In this document: in pieces, positions 49,668 to 59,365 of the stretch
Layout of the letters: every line of letters begins with the position of its first letter
How positions within the stretch are numbered: the first letter of the stretch is position 1
Source: a virus
Virus record (IMG/VR): IMGVR_UViG_3300031774_000005
Coordinates: 11,474 to 75,473 of that record
DNA length: 64,000 nucleotides
Strand: one strand, 5' to 3'
The notes under the pieces: model-generated
Databases searched by the model: none
The model's input: the letters and a program-made list of their open reading frames with translations, nothing else
What the model was told of the DNA's origin: nothing
Made by a program: the position numbers and the translations under genes

Positions 49668-49850
49668 TTCTCACATACACCGTATCGTCTTACATAATAA
49701 GCATCTGTTGGTCTTATACGCCTTTTACATCTTGAACAGTCCATTATTTGTTCCTCCGTTCAATTCTAAATACATTCCCGTCTTTAACAAGAATAATCAT
49801 TGAACCATCGGAATAAACAGTTGTCATTCTTACGATTTCTTTTTCCATAA

Positions 49851-50048
49851 TCAAGCCTCCGACAATAACGCCCATTCAATTTTATCTTTCAAATCAACAC
49901 CGAATCTGTGTTCATATGCCATAAGAAAATCAACTACGGTTTCAATACAACCTACCTGTTCTACCATATCTTCTATATCTTGCTTATCCCAATCATAAAT
50001 ATTAGTAGCAATATAACACGCTAAGTTTTTCATTTCTCTATATCCCAT
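49851..50048 (-). CDS. Hypothetical protein
   Basis: ORF track. Confidence 0.5.
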   Translation of the reverse strand: MGYREMKNLACYIATNIYDWDKQDIEDMVEQVGCIETVVDFLMAYEHRFGVDLKDKIEWALLSEA

Positions 50049-50050
50049 AC

Positions 50051-51565
50051 TTAAGCCTCCGGCAATAATACTGCTACATCTGTTGAGTAGAATAAAGATG
50101 CTATTGATAATGCCGCCAAGAAACTATTCTTAACTACCTTATATGGGTCAAAGACTCCTGCTTCTTCTAAGTTTTCTATCTTATTAGTAAGAGCATTGTA
50201 GCCCATACCGGAAGAAACATCAATTTCTAATTTTGATGAAACATCACCGCTATTTTCAATCAATGTTAGCATTGGTTGTTTTAAAGAATATGTGAACCAC
50301 TTCGGTAAAGTATCGTCTTTTGCTAATTTAGCATATAATGTTCCTCCACCAACTACAATTCCTTCTTCTAATGCGGCCTTTGTTGCATGTAAAGCATCAT
50401 CAAGTCTTTCTTTAGTTTCTCGCATTTCAATAGATGAAGAAGCACCAATTCTAATTGTGGCAACTCCCCCGCTAAGTTTTGCTATTCTGTTTTTGATTCT
50501 TGCTACTTGATGTCCTTTAGTATCTTTAGCCTGTTTCTTAAGCGTTTCAATTCTACTTAGAATCTCATATTCTTTTTCTTCATTTGTTCCAATAAAGGTA
50601 GTTGATTCTTTGGTAATAGATACTTTCTTACAAGTTCCTAAATCTAAAAGAGTGAAAACTTTAGGGTCGTCTTTGCTTTCTTCAACAAAAACTCTTCCAC
50701 CTAATGCACAAGCCATATCTCCTAATTCATTTATTTGTTCATCACCAAAATTAGGTGAAAGGACAACTGCACATTGAATAGTCTTTTGTAAAAGATTCAT
50801 AACTAAATTATTCATGGCTGAACCATCAAACCCTTTACAGAAAATAACAAGAGGCCGGTTGTTTGCTGAACTAAATTCTAATAGTGGCATAATATCGCTA
50901 AACTTTCTAATAGAAACATTAGACATAAACACCAATGGATTATCAAACTCAACACGGCCATTTTCAGTATTGCACATCAAATGACTTAGATAGCCTTCAT
51001 TGATTTCCATACCTTTTCTAATCTCAATTTCTGTATTATAATTATTAGATTCTTCAACGGTGATAATACCGTCTCTTCCTACTTCATCAATTGCTCCTTT
51101 AATTAGACTACCAAGATGCCTGTCATTGTTTGCCGCTATTGTAGCAACATTAAGAACATCGTCGTTTTCTACTTCAACAACATAAGTATCTAAATAATTA
51201 ATCATCGTATCTCTTAAATCGCTAATTAAGTTATTAAAATCATGAATTGACATATCTTCTCCAAAATCAACTAAATTATTACAAAAAGCCTGTGCTAAAA
51301 TACAAGCGGTAGTTGTTCCATCGCCCGAATTATCTTGTGCTTTACTTGCTAAGTTTTGAACTAATTGTATTCCCATTTGAACATACGGGTCTTCATGAGA
51401 AATATACTTTGTAATGGTAACTCCGTCATTAATAATAATGGGTGGATTACCTTGCAGTATAACTGTTTTGGCTTGTGGGCCAAGTGTAGGTTTTACTGTA
51501 TTAGCAACTAAATTAATTCCTTCTAACAATTTCTTTTTAACTTCTATTCTATCATTCAGTATCAT
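50051..51565 (-). CDS. groEL: Group I chaperonin (GroEL-like)
   Basis: TLGP, NDGVT, GDGTTT, ITVEES, GYLS, RIAKLSGGVATIRIGA, EEGIVVGGG. Confidence 0.92.
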   Translation of the reverse strand: MILNDRIEVKKKLLEGINLVANTVKPTLGPQAKTVILQGNPPIIINDGVTITKYISHEDPYVQMGIQLVQNLASKAQDNSGDGTTTACILAQAFCNNLVDFGEDMSIHDFNNLISDLRDTMINYLDTYVVEVENDDVLNVATIAANNDRHLGSLIKGAIDEVGRDGIITVEESNNYNTEIEIRKGMEINEGYLSHLMCNTENGRVEFDNPLVFMSNVSIRKFSDIMPLLEFSSANNRPLVIFCKGFDGSAMNNLVMNLLQKTIQCAVVLSPNFGDEQINELGDMACALGGRVFVEESKDDPKVFTLLDLGTCKKVSITKESTTFIGTNEEKEYEILSRIETLKKQAKDTKGHQVARIKNRIAKLSGGVATIRIGASSSIEMRETKERLDDALHATKAALEEGIVVGGGTLYAKLAKDDTLPKWFTYSLKQPMLTLIENSGDVSSKLEIDVSSGMGYNALTNKIENLEEAGVFDPYKVVKNSFLAALSIASLFYSTDVAVLLPEA

Positions 51566-51719
51566 TCTTTCCTCTCCTATATTGTGTTTCTTTAATTCCT
51601 TCTTGTAGTAAATAAACAAGAATCTCATTTGTTGTCATATTTAGGTCGTCTCTCATCTTCATTATGAAACTCCATTGTTGTTCCGTAAATGGTAATGAAT
51701 TAATATTTATTTCCTTCAT
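51552..51719 (-). CDS. Ribbon-helix-helix-like protein (55 aa; not in the ORF track)
   Basis: MKEININSLPFTEQQWSFIMKMRDDLNMTTNEILVYLLQEGI; sits between groES and groEL. Confidence 0.45.
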   Translation of the reverse strand: MKEININSLPFTEQQWSFIMKMRDDLNMTTNEILVYLLQEGIKETQYRRGKNDTE

Positions 51720-51964
51720 TCTTTCACCAACTTAGTTTGTTTTGTTTTAGAAAATACTCCCAACAAGTTTTCTGTTGGAACAAAAATCATATCTTCATGT
51801 GTTGGGAATCTATGTCTATCATCAAATAGAACTTCTTGTCCTTCTAATTCGGGATATTTAGGACATGAAACAACAAGCCCTCTTCCATCAGTTTTAATTT
51901 GAATACCACTTGAAGAAGTTGAGTTCTCAAGTTTAATTATGCAATAATCTCCAATAGCCCTCAT
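51716..51964 (-). CDS. groES: GroES-like co-chaperonin
   Basis: MRAIGDYCIIK..SSGI..GLVVS..GQEVLF..ENLLGV; next to GroEL. Confidence 0.75.
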   Translation of the reverse strand: MRAIGDYCIIKLENSTSSSGIQIKTDGRGLVVSCPKYPELEGQEVLFDDRHRFPTHEDMIFVPTENLLGVFSKTKQTKLVKE

Positions 51965-52233
51965 TACTCTTCCTCCGATGGTAAAGCAACCCAACCTCTT
52001 GCAGTTTCGGAAACCCATACTGATGTATGAGTTTTGTAAAACTGTTTCAGTCTTTTGTCTCTTTCTGTTTCTTTAGACCAAGTAATGCCTCTATCTTCCC
52101 TTCTAATGTTTTTATCATTAGGGTGTCTTTCTTGATGCCTTCTTTGTCTTTCAAGAAGAGTTTTAGGTTCTTCATCTACAATGACTTCTCCATATTCTCT
52201 TTTCTTTTGTTTTCTTTTATTATACATATTCAT
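51964..52233 (-). CDS. Basic hypothetical protein
   Basis: Coupled ORF. Confidence 0.5.
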   Translation of the reverse strand: MNMYNKRKQKKREYGEVIVDEEPKTLLERQRRHQERHPNDKNIRREDRGITWSKETERDKRLKQFYKTHTSVWVSETARGWVALPSEEE

Positions 52234-52814
52234 TCCTCTTCATTTCCATATTGATTCCATGTTTGGGTTCTTTCTAATTCGTGATTAACATAAATATCTA
52301 ATTGTTTAGGTTTATCGTTTTCCCAAAAACCATAGTGGCCTTTGCCACCTAAAACATAAGCAGTTTCCATCAATGGTTGCCAAATAGATACTGTGCTAAT
52401 ATCTGTTCCACTAAAATAAGCACTACCGAATGGGTGTGTATGAATCCAACATCTAACAGGCATTTTCATTCCTTTAGGAACAGAACCAAAATCAACAAAA
52501 CCGGATGAACCGGATGAAACATAACAATCATTCTTTGCATCAATAACAACTTGAACTTCTAAAGCCGGTAGTATGTTAGTTGAAGCATGCCAAATAGCAT
52601 CATGAAATTCTATATTATGAAATGCTACCATCTCTAATAATGCTTTATCATCATGTGGAACACCATCTAATCTTTCTTTAACAATATCTTCATATGCTGA
52701 CATTACATGATATTCAGCCTCCACTCTTGCTATTTCTATTTCTTCTAAATATTTATCATATCCATCATCATCACTATTAATTTCTTTGAAATAGTGGTCT
52801 TTTATTTTACCCAT
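52230..52814 (-). CDS. JAB/MPN+ (JAMM) metalloprotease
   Basis: LEVQV...WIHTHPFGSAYFSGTD (E..HxH-x7-S-x2-D). Confidence 0.9.
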   Translation of the reverse strand: MGKIKDHYFKEINSDDDGYDKYLEEIEIARVEAEYHVMSAYEDIVKERLDGVPHDDKALLEMVAFHNIEFHDAIWHASTNILPALEVQVVIDAKNDCYVSSGSSGFVDFGSVPKGMKMPVRCWIHTHPFGSAYFSGTDISTVSIWQPLMETAYVLGGKGHYGFWENDKPKQLDIYVNHELERTQTWNQYGNEEE

Positions 52815-52815
52815 T

Positions 52816-53958
52816 TTAATCTCTCCTTAGTTGTTTCTTAATCTTATCAATTCTCTTCTGTAATTTTGCCTGTTTTCTTGCTATCCTTCGCTCTCTACGG
52901 CTTGGTTTTGACGGCTTGGCCGACTTAGCCTTACGCTTGTTAATGACCTTAGAGGCTTCTATAAGCATTGAATGGTGTTGAGGTTCTGTGCTATCAACGA
53001 TGTATTCTAATCTACCTGCTATTTCAGCATAAGATTTATTGAATTTCTCTCTTGCTTCATCTATTGATAATTCATAAAAATTACAAAGAATATCAAAATC
53101 TTGTTCTTCTGTCCAAAGAACCTTTTTAGATTTCTTAGGCTTTACAACAATAGAACGATTTACTGTTTCTACATCTAAATACTTAGATTCAGTTCTTCTT
53201 TTTCTTGTTCCCATATTTTTAATATGAGCATTCTTTAGTGCTACAAACTTTTCTGCATCTTCCTTTGTTATCTTATCACCAATTTTAGATTCCATATCAA
53301 ATCTTCTTGGAGGCCAATAATCAAGGCCAAGTAATTCTCTTTGCTTCTTTGAATAGCCATTATTATCGGATAATCCGGCTTTAAGCAATTTGGCATTAAT
53401 AGTCTGCATTTGTTTTTCTTTCTTAGAACTGCTTTTAGGCTTCTTTCTAACAATATACCATTGGCGTTCAACTGCCGGTGGGTTTCTGCCAAATGATTTA
53501 GCAAGAACTCTTGCTTCTTTTGCACTTTTACAAGCCCTTATTTGCTTAATTTCTTCTTTCGTATATTTACTTCTTTTCATATTTTTCACTTCCTTATTTT
53601 TATTTTCTTTTTGAGACTTTACTATCTCTTGAATTTCTTTCGATGGGGTTTGTTTCAAAAGATTTTCCCATCTTTTAATGTTGAGAGGCTTACCAAATAC
53701 TTCTCCGTAAGCCATTATAGTTTGTTTTTCAGTCATAAGATTATGATGGCACTTATGTATAAAATCAATTTCTTCTTGGGGATAATCTACATTATTTTCA
53801 GTCAGCATTCTATATAATTTTTTAAGAGTGTTGCCCGAAACAGTTGTGTCAAACTTTCTGTTAAAGTTTCTTGCCATTCTATCCCAAGATACATGCCTTG
53901 CTGATGCTGAAACAACATATGCTATTTCTTGATTAGACCATTTATCAATCCAACTCAT
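52816..53958 (-). CDS. Multi-repeat Myb/SANT-like HTH protein
   Basis: Repeats WSNQEI, YPQEEI, YTKEEI, WTEEQD, each followed by HTH-like helices. Confidence 0.6.
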   Translation of the reverse strand: MSWIDKWSNQEIAYVVSASARHVSWDRMARNFNRKFDTTVSGNTLKKLYRMLTENNVDYPQEEIDFIHKCHHNLMTEKQTIMAYGEVFGKPLNIKRWENLLKQTPSKEIQEIVKSQKENKNKEVKNMKRSKYTKEEIKQIRACKSAKEARVLAKSFGRNPPAVERQWYIVRKKPKSSSKKEKQMQTINAKLLKAGLSDNNGYSKKQRELLGLDYWPPRRFDMESKIGDKITKEDAEKFVALKNAHIKNMGTRKRRTESKYLDVETVNRSIVVKPKKSKKVLWTEEQDFDILCNFYELSIDEAREKFNKSYAEIAGRLEYIVDSTEPQHHSMLIEASKVINKRKAKSAKPSKPSRRERRIARKQAKLQKRIDKIKKQLRRD

Positions 53959-54518
53959 AGATTCACCACCATATAATCTCTAACTTCATCATTATTTTGA
54001 AACCATCTTTGAGTCCATTGTGCGCCCATTCCTGCAATAGCAACTTGCATAAAGTGAACTCCCTCATTTGAACCATTCCAAGAATCACCTTGACAAGAAA
54101 AAGACCGTTCTTCACCCGCTAAAAGCATATCATACATTTTCGGGTCGGCCTTATAACTTACTAAAGCGGCATTCCTGCCTTGCGCTCGTAAATCAAGCCA
54201 TTTAATACTTGTGTTGTATAAAGTCTTTCTCACGCCTAAGTTATCTACACAACAAATAACCAAGTCATATCCTTGCATTTGTTTTTCTGTTAGAATAGGA
54301 AATTGACTCGCCTTACTAACACTGTTATGCCGAGCATTCATACTACTTACTTTGTATAAATTAACATCTTCTTCTGTAAAGTTTTGATATGGTAGATTCT
54401 TTGTTTCTACCGTATCGGGGTCTGCCACTGATATGTTATACAGTTCTACTTTATCTAAAAGCGGTATCAAGAAACTCCCAATACCACCTGCTCCAATTAC
54501 TAATATTTTTCTTTTCAT
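53955..54518 (-). CDS. ThiF/MoeB/E1-like adenylating enzyme
   Basis: VIGAGGIGS, DPDTVETKNLPYQ, ICCVDN..RK, WLD; Cys in SFSCQ at the MoeB/E1 crossover-loop position. Confidence 0.9.
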   Translation of the reverse strand: MKRKILVIGAGGIGSFLIPLLDKVELYNISVADPDTVETKNLPYQNFTEEDVNLYKVSSMNARHNSVSKASQFPILTEKQMQGYDLVICCVDNLGVRKTLYNTSIKWLDLRAQGRNAALVSYKADPKMYDMLLAGEERSFSCQGDSWNGSNEGVHFMQVAIAGMGAQWTQRWFQNNDEVRDYMVVNL

Positions 54519-54524
54519 TTTTAT

Positions 54525-54773
54525 TCACTCCTTGCTTTCTTCTTCTAATCTAACTATATTGAGTGCCATATATAATTCCATAAAGAAATTAGTTAGCCAA
54601 TCATCTTTCTTTAGAATAGTCATATCATGTTCTAAATCATTTTGATACATTTGATTTATTTCCTTTACTATTCTATCTTTATTCTCTAAGAAAGCCATTT
54701 CTATTTTATGTCTGCTCTCTTTTAGTTTTTTAAATTCTTCTTCTGTTCCTTTCCACATTGTTATTCCTCTCAT
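54525..54773 (-). CDS. Hypothetical protein
   Basis: Coupled ORF. Confidence 0.5.
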   Translation of the reverse strand: MRGITMWKGTEEEFKKLKESRHKIEMAFLENKDRIVKEINQMYQNDLEHDMTILKKDDWLTNFFMELYMALNIVRLEEESKE

Positions 54774-55618
54774 AATTCTTTTCCTTTTAGTTCTTCAACT
54801 AATTCAACACCGATTAAATTCAGTATTGCTTTTGTTTGTTTCCAAACAATCCATCTTGAGAATCCTGTTTTCTCACATATTCTCTCTTTAGTAATATTAT
54901 CCTTAACATATACATTAGCCGTTATCCAAATAATAGAGGCGTAGTATGACCTACCTTTATTGAAGGTAGAGTTTAAGACTACTGTTTCAAAATACTCTAA
55001 CACATGAATACATTGACTTCTAAAAGTTATGTCATCTGTTATTTTTATTAATGTCTGTATCAAAGCATACTGCGGATTAATCGGTTTGTAATTAATACTA
55101 TTTCTATGAAACTGATTAATCTTCCTTACTAATCTTTTAACTGATTTGACATTAGGGCTAAATTCAGCGCATACATCTTTGATAGTGTGCGGAGTTCCGT
55201 TCTCCTTTAGTGCATAATAAACAACTGCGGTTGCTCTTGCTTCGTATTGGCTTCTTCCAAATAGGCTTCTATTTAGACAATCAATGTATAGTTTTTCAAC
55301 TCTCGCTTGGAGAGAACTATTAGGTGCTACATTTGCTAATACCATATTACAGAATCTAATTCCATTTTGGATATGCTTAGGTAAAACACTATTCATTCCA
55401 TACTTATTATACTTGAAAGAACCTTTACCCGTTATTACAGAACCTAATTTATTTCTGTCCGGTGAATGAACTAACTCACCTGTTGAATCAAGAATATGAA
55501 CTGTCTCTTCAAACATTTCTGTTATCAAAACAAGTCCACAGTCTTTACAAACTGTTTCGCCAAGCCGTTCATTAAACTCATTGTTTTGGCTTCTGCATTC
55601 TTCGCAAATTAATTTCAT
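54770..55618 (-). CDS. tfb: Transcription factor IIB (TFB) homologue
   Basis: Zn ribbon CEEC..GETVCKDCGLV; two cyclin repeats (GRS..A.A.VYYA; GRS..ASIIW). Confidence 0.85.
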   Translation of the reverse strand: MKLICEECRSQNNEFNERLGETVCKDCGLVLITEMFEETVHILDSTGELVHSPDRNKLGSVITGKGSFKYNKYGMNSVLPKHIQNGIRFCNMVLANVAPNSSLQARVEKLYIDCLNRSLFGRSQYEARATAVVYYALKENGTPHTIKDVCAEFSPNVKSVKRLVRKINQFHRNSINYKPINPQYALIQTLIKITDDITFRSQCIHVLEYFETVVLNSTFNKGRSYYASIIWITANVYVKDNITKERICEKTGFSRWIVWKQTKAILNLIGVELVEELKGKEL

Positions 55619-56813
55619 TCCCCTCAATCCTATATTTATTCGCATCGTGTATCATATATCCCTTGATAGTTGATACCATTTTTACTGTTATTAAATCATT
55701 TAGAAGTGCTAATGCTCTACCTGCGAATTGGTCGCCTAATGGTGAATTATTCGCCACATTGTCTATACAAATCGGCCCACTCCAAAACTTGAAATCTTCT
55801 TCATTACTCTCATTGATATTGAAATACTTTGTTCCCTCAACTACACTAATGTTCCCAAGCATCCAATTGCTTTCTTCAAATTCAGCAACAACATCTTTCT
55901 TTGGTTGCCAAATATAAGTTGATACCATTTGTATTCCTGTCTTATATCTGTTATTAGTTAGTTTCCAATCGTAGCCTCTACCTCTAACATACATTGTAGT
56001 TAATATTCCTTCTTCATCATAAACTGCATGAATGCGACCATCATGTTGATTGCATAAATCCTTTACTAATTGTAATGCTCTTTCTTCAACCATATCTTGA
56101 GTTCTGTTCTGCATTAGAAATGCTCTCATAACTTTCTTTTCAGCAGTTGTTGGTTCTCTACCCAATAGTTTCTTGAATAAATATTTTGGGCCAAGTTTTT
56201 TCCATGAACCTCTTGATTTACCAAGATGATAAAAATTACAAAAAGTATCTAATTGTCTTGGGGTTATTTCTCCCCAAATACCGTCGCTTATTTCCATAGC
56301 GAGCATATTATCATCTATTTGCACAACATTTAGTCTAACTTCTATTTTTTCAAAGTCATGAATAAAATGATATGGCGCACGATTCTCTAAACAATATCTA
56401 ACATTTTCCGGTAGTGATAATGTTGAATACAAACTACTCAACAATACTTCCGGATTATCTTCAAAACAAGATTTGTAGGTTAGTCTTGCTAATGCTGAAC
56501 ATATGGTAGCAAGGCTATATGATTTACCATTTAGTTGATACCTAATACCTTCTCGGCTTAATACAACAGGGCAGGTTTTAACCATAACAACATGATTAAA
56601 TTTGTAACCAAATCCACTACTATATCTATTTCTTGGGGAAATAATACCTCTCCAAAAATCTTCTAATCCTGCATGAACAGGGTCTTTCTTTCCTCTTTGA
56701 ATACCAACAGACCTTTGATTTCCAAAATCATGTGTTTCACATCTTATTGTTGTCGTATCTGTTATCCTTGAATCGTCAGGTCTTGCTATATTTAAATTAC
56801 ATTCTCTACTCAT
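55578..56813 (-). CDS. Hypothetical 411-aa protein; candidate divergent E2-like C-terminal domain
   Basis: GPICIDNVANNSP resembles the E2 active-site G-x-ICLD..SP; no HPN motif. The function call is weak. Confidence 0.35.
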   Translation of the reverse strand: MSRECNLNIARPDDSRITDTTTIRCETHDFGNQRSVGIQRGKKDPVHAGLEDFWRGIISPRNRYSSGFGYKFNHVVMVKTCPVVLSREGIRYQLNGKSYSLATICSALARLTYKSCFEDNPEVLLSSLYSTLSLPENVRYCLENRAPYHFIHDFEKIEVRLNVVQIDDNMLAMEISDGIWGEITPRQLDTFCNFYHLGKSRGSWKKLGPKYLFKKLLGREPTTAEKKVMRAFLMQNRTQDMVEERALQLVKDLCNQHDGRIHAVYDEEGILTTMYVRGRGYDWKLTNNRYKTGIQMVSTYIWQPKKDVVAEFEESNWMLGNISVVEGTKYFNINESNEEDFKFWSGPICIDNVANNSPLGDQFAGRALALLNDLITVKMVSTIKGYMIHDANKYRIEGNEINLRRMQKPKQ

Positions 56814-56817
56814 ATTA

Positions 56818-56979
56818 TCACATCAAATATATATTGTTATTATCTTTATCGCATTCTGCGTGAATTTCATTTTTAATTTCTTGGGCGTTTAATAACTGCC
56901 CTCCGCACACACGGCATCGTGTGGCTATTCTTTTCTTTGTCCTATTAGACAAGGTATAGTTCGGGTCTTTTTCTTTCAT
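56818..56979 (-). CDS. Small C2HC Zn-finger protein (53 aa; not in the ORF track)
   Basis: CRVCGGQL...HAEC. Confidence 0.55.
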   Translation of the reverse strand: MKEKDPNYTLSNRTKKRIATRCRVCGGQLLNAQEIKNEIHAECDKDNNNIYLM

Positions 56980-57355
56980 TGTTATTCCTCAATTGTTCTT
57001 TAATTTTTATTTGAACTTGGCAAACCTTACAATCCGGTTCACCTTCACAATTATATTTGTGATACTCAACTATTTCTTTAGAGAGTTTTAATTCCTGCTT
57101 TAGATATTGAGGGAAGCCCATTTCAATTGCTTCTCTAATATCCCAAAAACAAAGCATAAGAGTATCATTCATTCTATACATTTTGTCTCTATCATCTATC
57201 AAAGACTCACAGACATTTATTGCCATTTTTACTCTATGGATATTCACTGGCGAATAATCCCTAATCATTATTATTACTGCTGAAAGATACTCCTTGTATG
57301 TAGCAAAGAGTTTCTTCATAGTTTTCACCTTATATTTCGCAAGACCCACCTGCAC
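56945..57355 (-). CDS. Hypothetical protein
   Basis: ORF track; AAGGTGA RBS before MKKLF. Confidence 0.5.
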   Translation of the reverse strand: MQVGLAKYKVKTMKKLFATYKEYLSAVIIMIRDYSPVNIHRVKMAINVCESLIDDRDKMYRMNDTLMLCFWDIREAIEMGFPQYLKQELKLSKEIVEYHKYNCEGEPDCKVCQVQIKIKEQLRNNNERKRPELYLV

Positions 57356-59192
57356 AGGCTAATTCACCCGACAAGTCAGTATTGTCTTGAGTTTCAATAA
57401 CTTTCGTTAAATCAACATTTGTCAATGCCCCGCTTAATTCTTCAAACTTGTCTTTATCGCAAGTTTCAAACGGTGCTTGAGTATATGTTCCCCCATCAAA
57501 AGGAAGGACTGAAAGACCATTATAATAATGCCGGTTAAGCCAAAACCAATCTCCAACAGACTCCCATTCATCTTCTTTAATAGAAACTGTTGCTGAAACA
57601 TTATGGGTATTTAGCCCATCTTTGTGTCCTGCTCTAACCCAACTAATGCTAAATTCCTTAATTCTTTCTAATAAATCAAATACTGATTCATTACGAGTAA
57701 TAGCATTTAATGGTGCTTGTTGAGGAACTGAAATAACCGCTTGTTCGTGTGGCTTAAAATACTCATCTTCAATTAACGATGGGTGTTCTTTGGAAAGATA
57801 GCCATAAATTGCTTCATTCTTACCAACTCTTAGTCTCCTAATATAATACTCATCGTGGTAAGCATGAATACCACTACTTGTTCCTAAAACAAGAGAAGTT
57901 GTTCCAGCAGGTTTTATGCAAGTTGTTCTTGCGGCAGGTTTTATTCCTATTATTTCTGCTACTCTCTTATTTTCATTAACTACCTCAATTGCGGCCATGT
58001 GTAAATCTAATTCCGCTACTTTATTAGCGGCAATACCTGTCATAGATACTCCTAATAGTGCATCTTTTTCTGTATTCTTTCTCCATATTTCTCTTAAATA
58101 ATGAAAATCAGTATATCCTGCTTGTAATGTTCCTAAGAATGCTCCTGCACTAACTCTTGCTTCTAAATCCGCTTGGTCTTTTACATTAGAAGCATTAACT
58201 TCTGTTAAATTACAAAATTGATATGGTCGTAAAGCAATCTCACAACAAGGGTTTGTTCCCCAATCTTTGTCATTATTGAAATAAATTCCGGGTTCTCCGC
58301 TTCCTGACGCTTTAATTCTATTCCATAGATTTAAGAAATAATCTTTAGTTATTCTATGTCTAAGTAAAACTGCTGAATTGTTTGCCCTGCCCCTTTGTGG
58401 GTTATTTTCCCACCATTTACCGGATTTAGCGGCAATCATTCCCATATCATCAGCAGAAAACAAACTAATCATAGCGGCTCTCCTAATTCCACCACTTAAT
58501 ACTGCATCAGCAATATGACACATAATATCATGGCAATATATAGGATTAAGTTGATAATTACCGCATCTTTGTAAGATTCCTTCTATTTTAACTAAACATT
58601 CTCTTAATGGTTGAGAACCGGGTGCTTTACCACCAGAAGTAATTAATAATGCTCCTTTCTCTCTTATATCGGAATAATCAAAAATAGGAGTTGATTTCCT
58701 AATTCCCATATAACACTCTAAAAGAATTTTAACTGCATCAGCCCAACCTTCAATTGAATCGGCAATTAAATATCTTCTTTGTCTATCCGGATTTGGCATT
58801 ATCAATTCGGGTAATTGTTCTACATGGTGTCTTTGAACAGAATATCCAACTCCTGTTCCACCAAGTAATAAAAACATAGCCTCGCTAAAGGCTAAGTGTG
58901 AATCTATTGGCATATATGCACAATTATATACTCTATTTGGTGATATATCAATTGGCTTTCCTGCAAATTGCATTGAGCGCATTGATGGTAATACTAACTT
59001 AGGTATTACAAAATGTGCATAAACATCTCTAATGTCTTGTTCTAACATTGGATATTTCTTAATATGCATATTCATATTTCTTTCACAAATCTCTTCCCAA
59101 GTTTCTCTTCTTAGAAGTTCGGGCTTAAATTTTGCATATTTCATATGCACTGTTATATCTGATAAAATTTTCTTATTGGGGGCTTGTTCCAT
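57330..59192 (-). CDS. nrdJ: Class II (adenosylcobalamin-dependent) ribonucleotide reductase, monomeric type
   Basis: LPSMR, YNC, GVGYS, TNPCCEI, CNLTE, KPAGT, C-terminal CAGGSCEI; no beta subunit. Confidence 0.92.
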   Translation of the reverse strand: MEQAPNKKILSDITVHMKYAKFKPELLRRETWEEICERNMNMHIKKYPMLEQDIRDVYAHFVIPKLVLPSMRSMQFAGKPIDISPNRVYNCAYMPIDSHLAFSEAMFLLLGGTGVGYSVQRHHVEQLPELIMPNPDRQRRYLIADSIEGWADAVKILLECYMGIRKSTPIFDYSDIREKGALLITSGGKAPGSQPLRECLVKIEGILQRCGNYQLNPIYCHDIMCHIADAVLSGGIRRAAMISLFSADDMGMIAAKSGKWWENNPQRGRANNSAVLLRHRITKDYFLNLWNRIKASGSGEPGIYFNNDKDWGTNPCCEIALRPYQFCNLTEVNASNVKDQADLEARVSAGAFLGTLQAGYTDFHYLREIWRKNTEKDALLGVSMTGIAANKVAELDLHMAAIEVVNENKRVAEIIGIKPAARTTCIKPAGTTSLVLGTSSGIHAYHDEYYIRRLRVGKNEAIYGYLSKEHPSLIEDEYFKPHEQAVISVPQQAPLNAITRNESVFDLLERIKEFSISWVRAGHKDGLNTHNVSATVSIKEDEWESVGDWFWLNRHYYNGLSVLPFDGGTYTQAPFETCDKDKFEELSGALTNVDLTKVIETQDNTDLSGELACAGGSCEI

Positions 59193-59282
59193 ATTTTTCA
59201 CCTGCATTTCTCCGACTTAAGTTGCCGGCATAAATATATCCCTTATGTTTAAATAAGGAATAAAGTCCATTTTTTGTTTATT

Positions 59283-59331
59283 AAAAAAAGGGATAGCACA
59301 TAGTAAATGGAACTAAACTATGTGCTACCCC
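59283..59331 (-). terminator. Hairpin plus U-tract downstream of the Ubl gene
   Basis: TAGCACATAGT / ACTATGTGCTA 11-bp inverted repeat extended by GGG/CCC; T7 on the - strand. Confidence 0.7.
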
Positions 59332-59365
59332 AAAGAGTAGTTAGAGGGAGTTAGCAAACTTCCGC

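Noticed and set aside
53955-54518. Thiamine/molybdopterin biosynthesis auxiliary gene
   Set aside because: No ThiG, MoaE, rhodanese or cysteine desulfurase in the window, and it lacks the MoeB CxxC Zn pairs; not fully excluded because the rest of the genome is unseen
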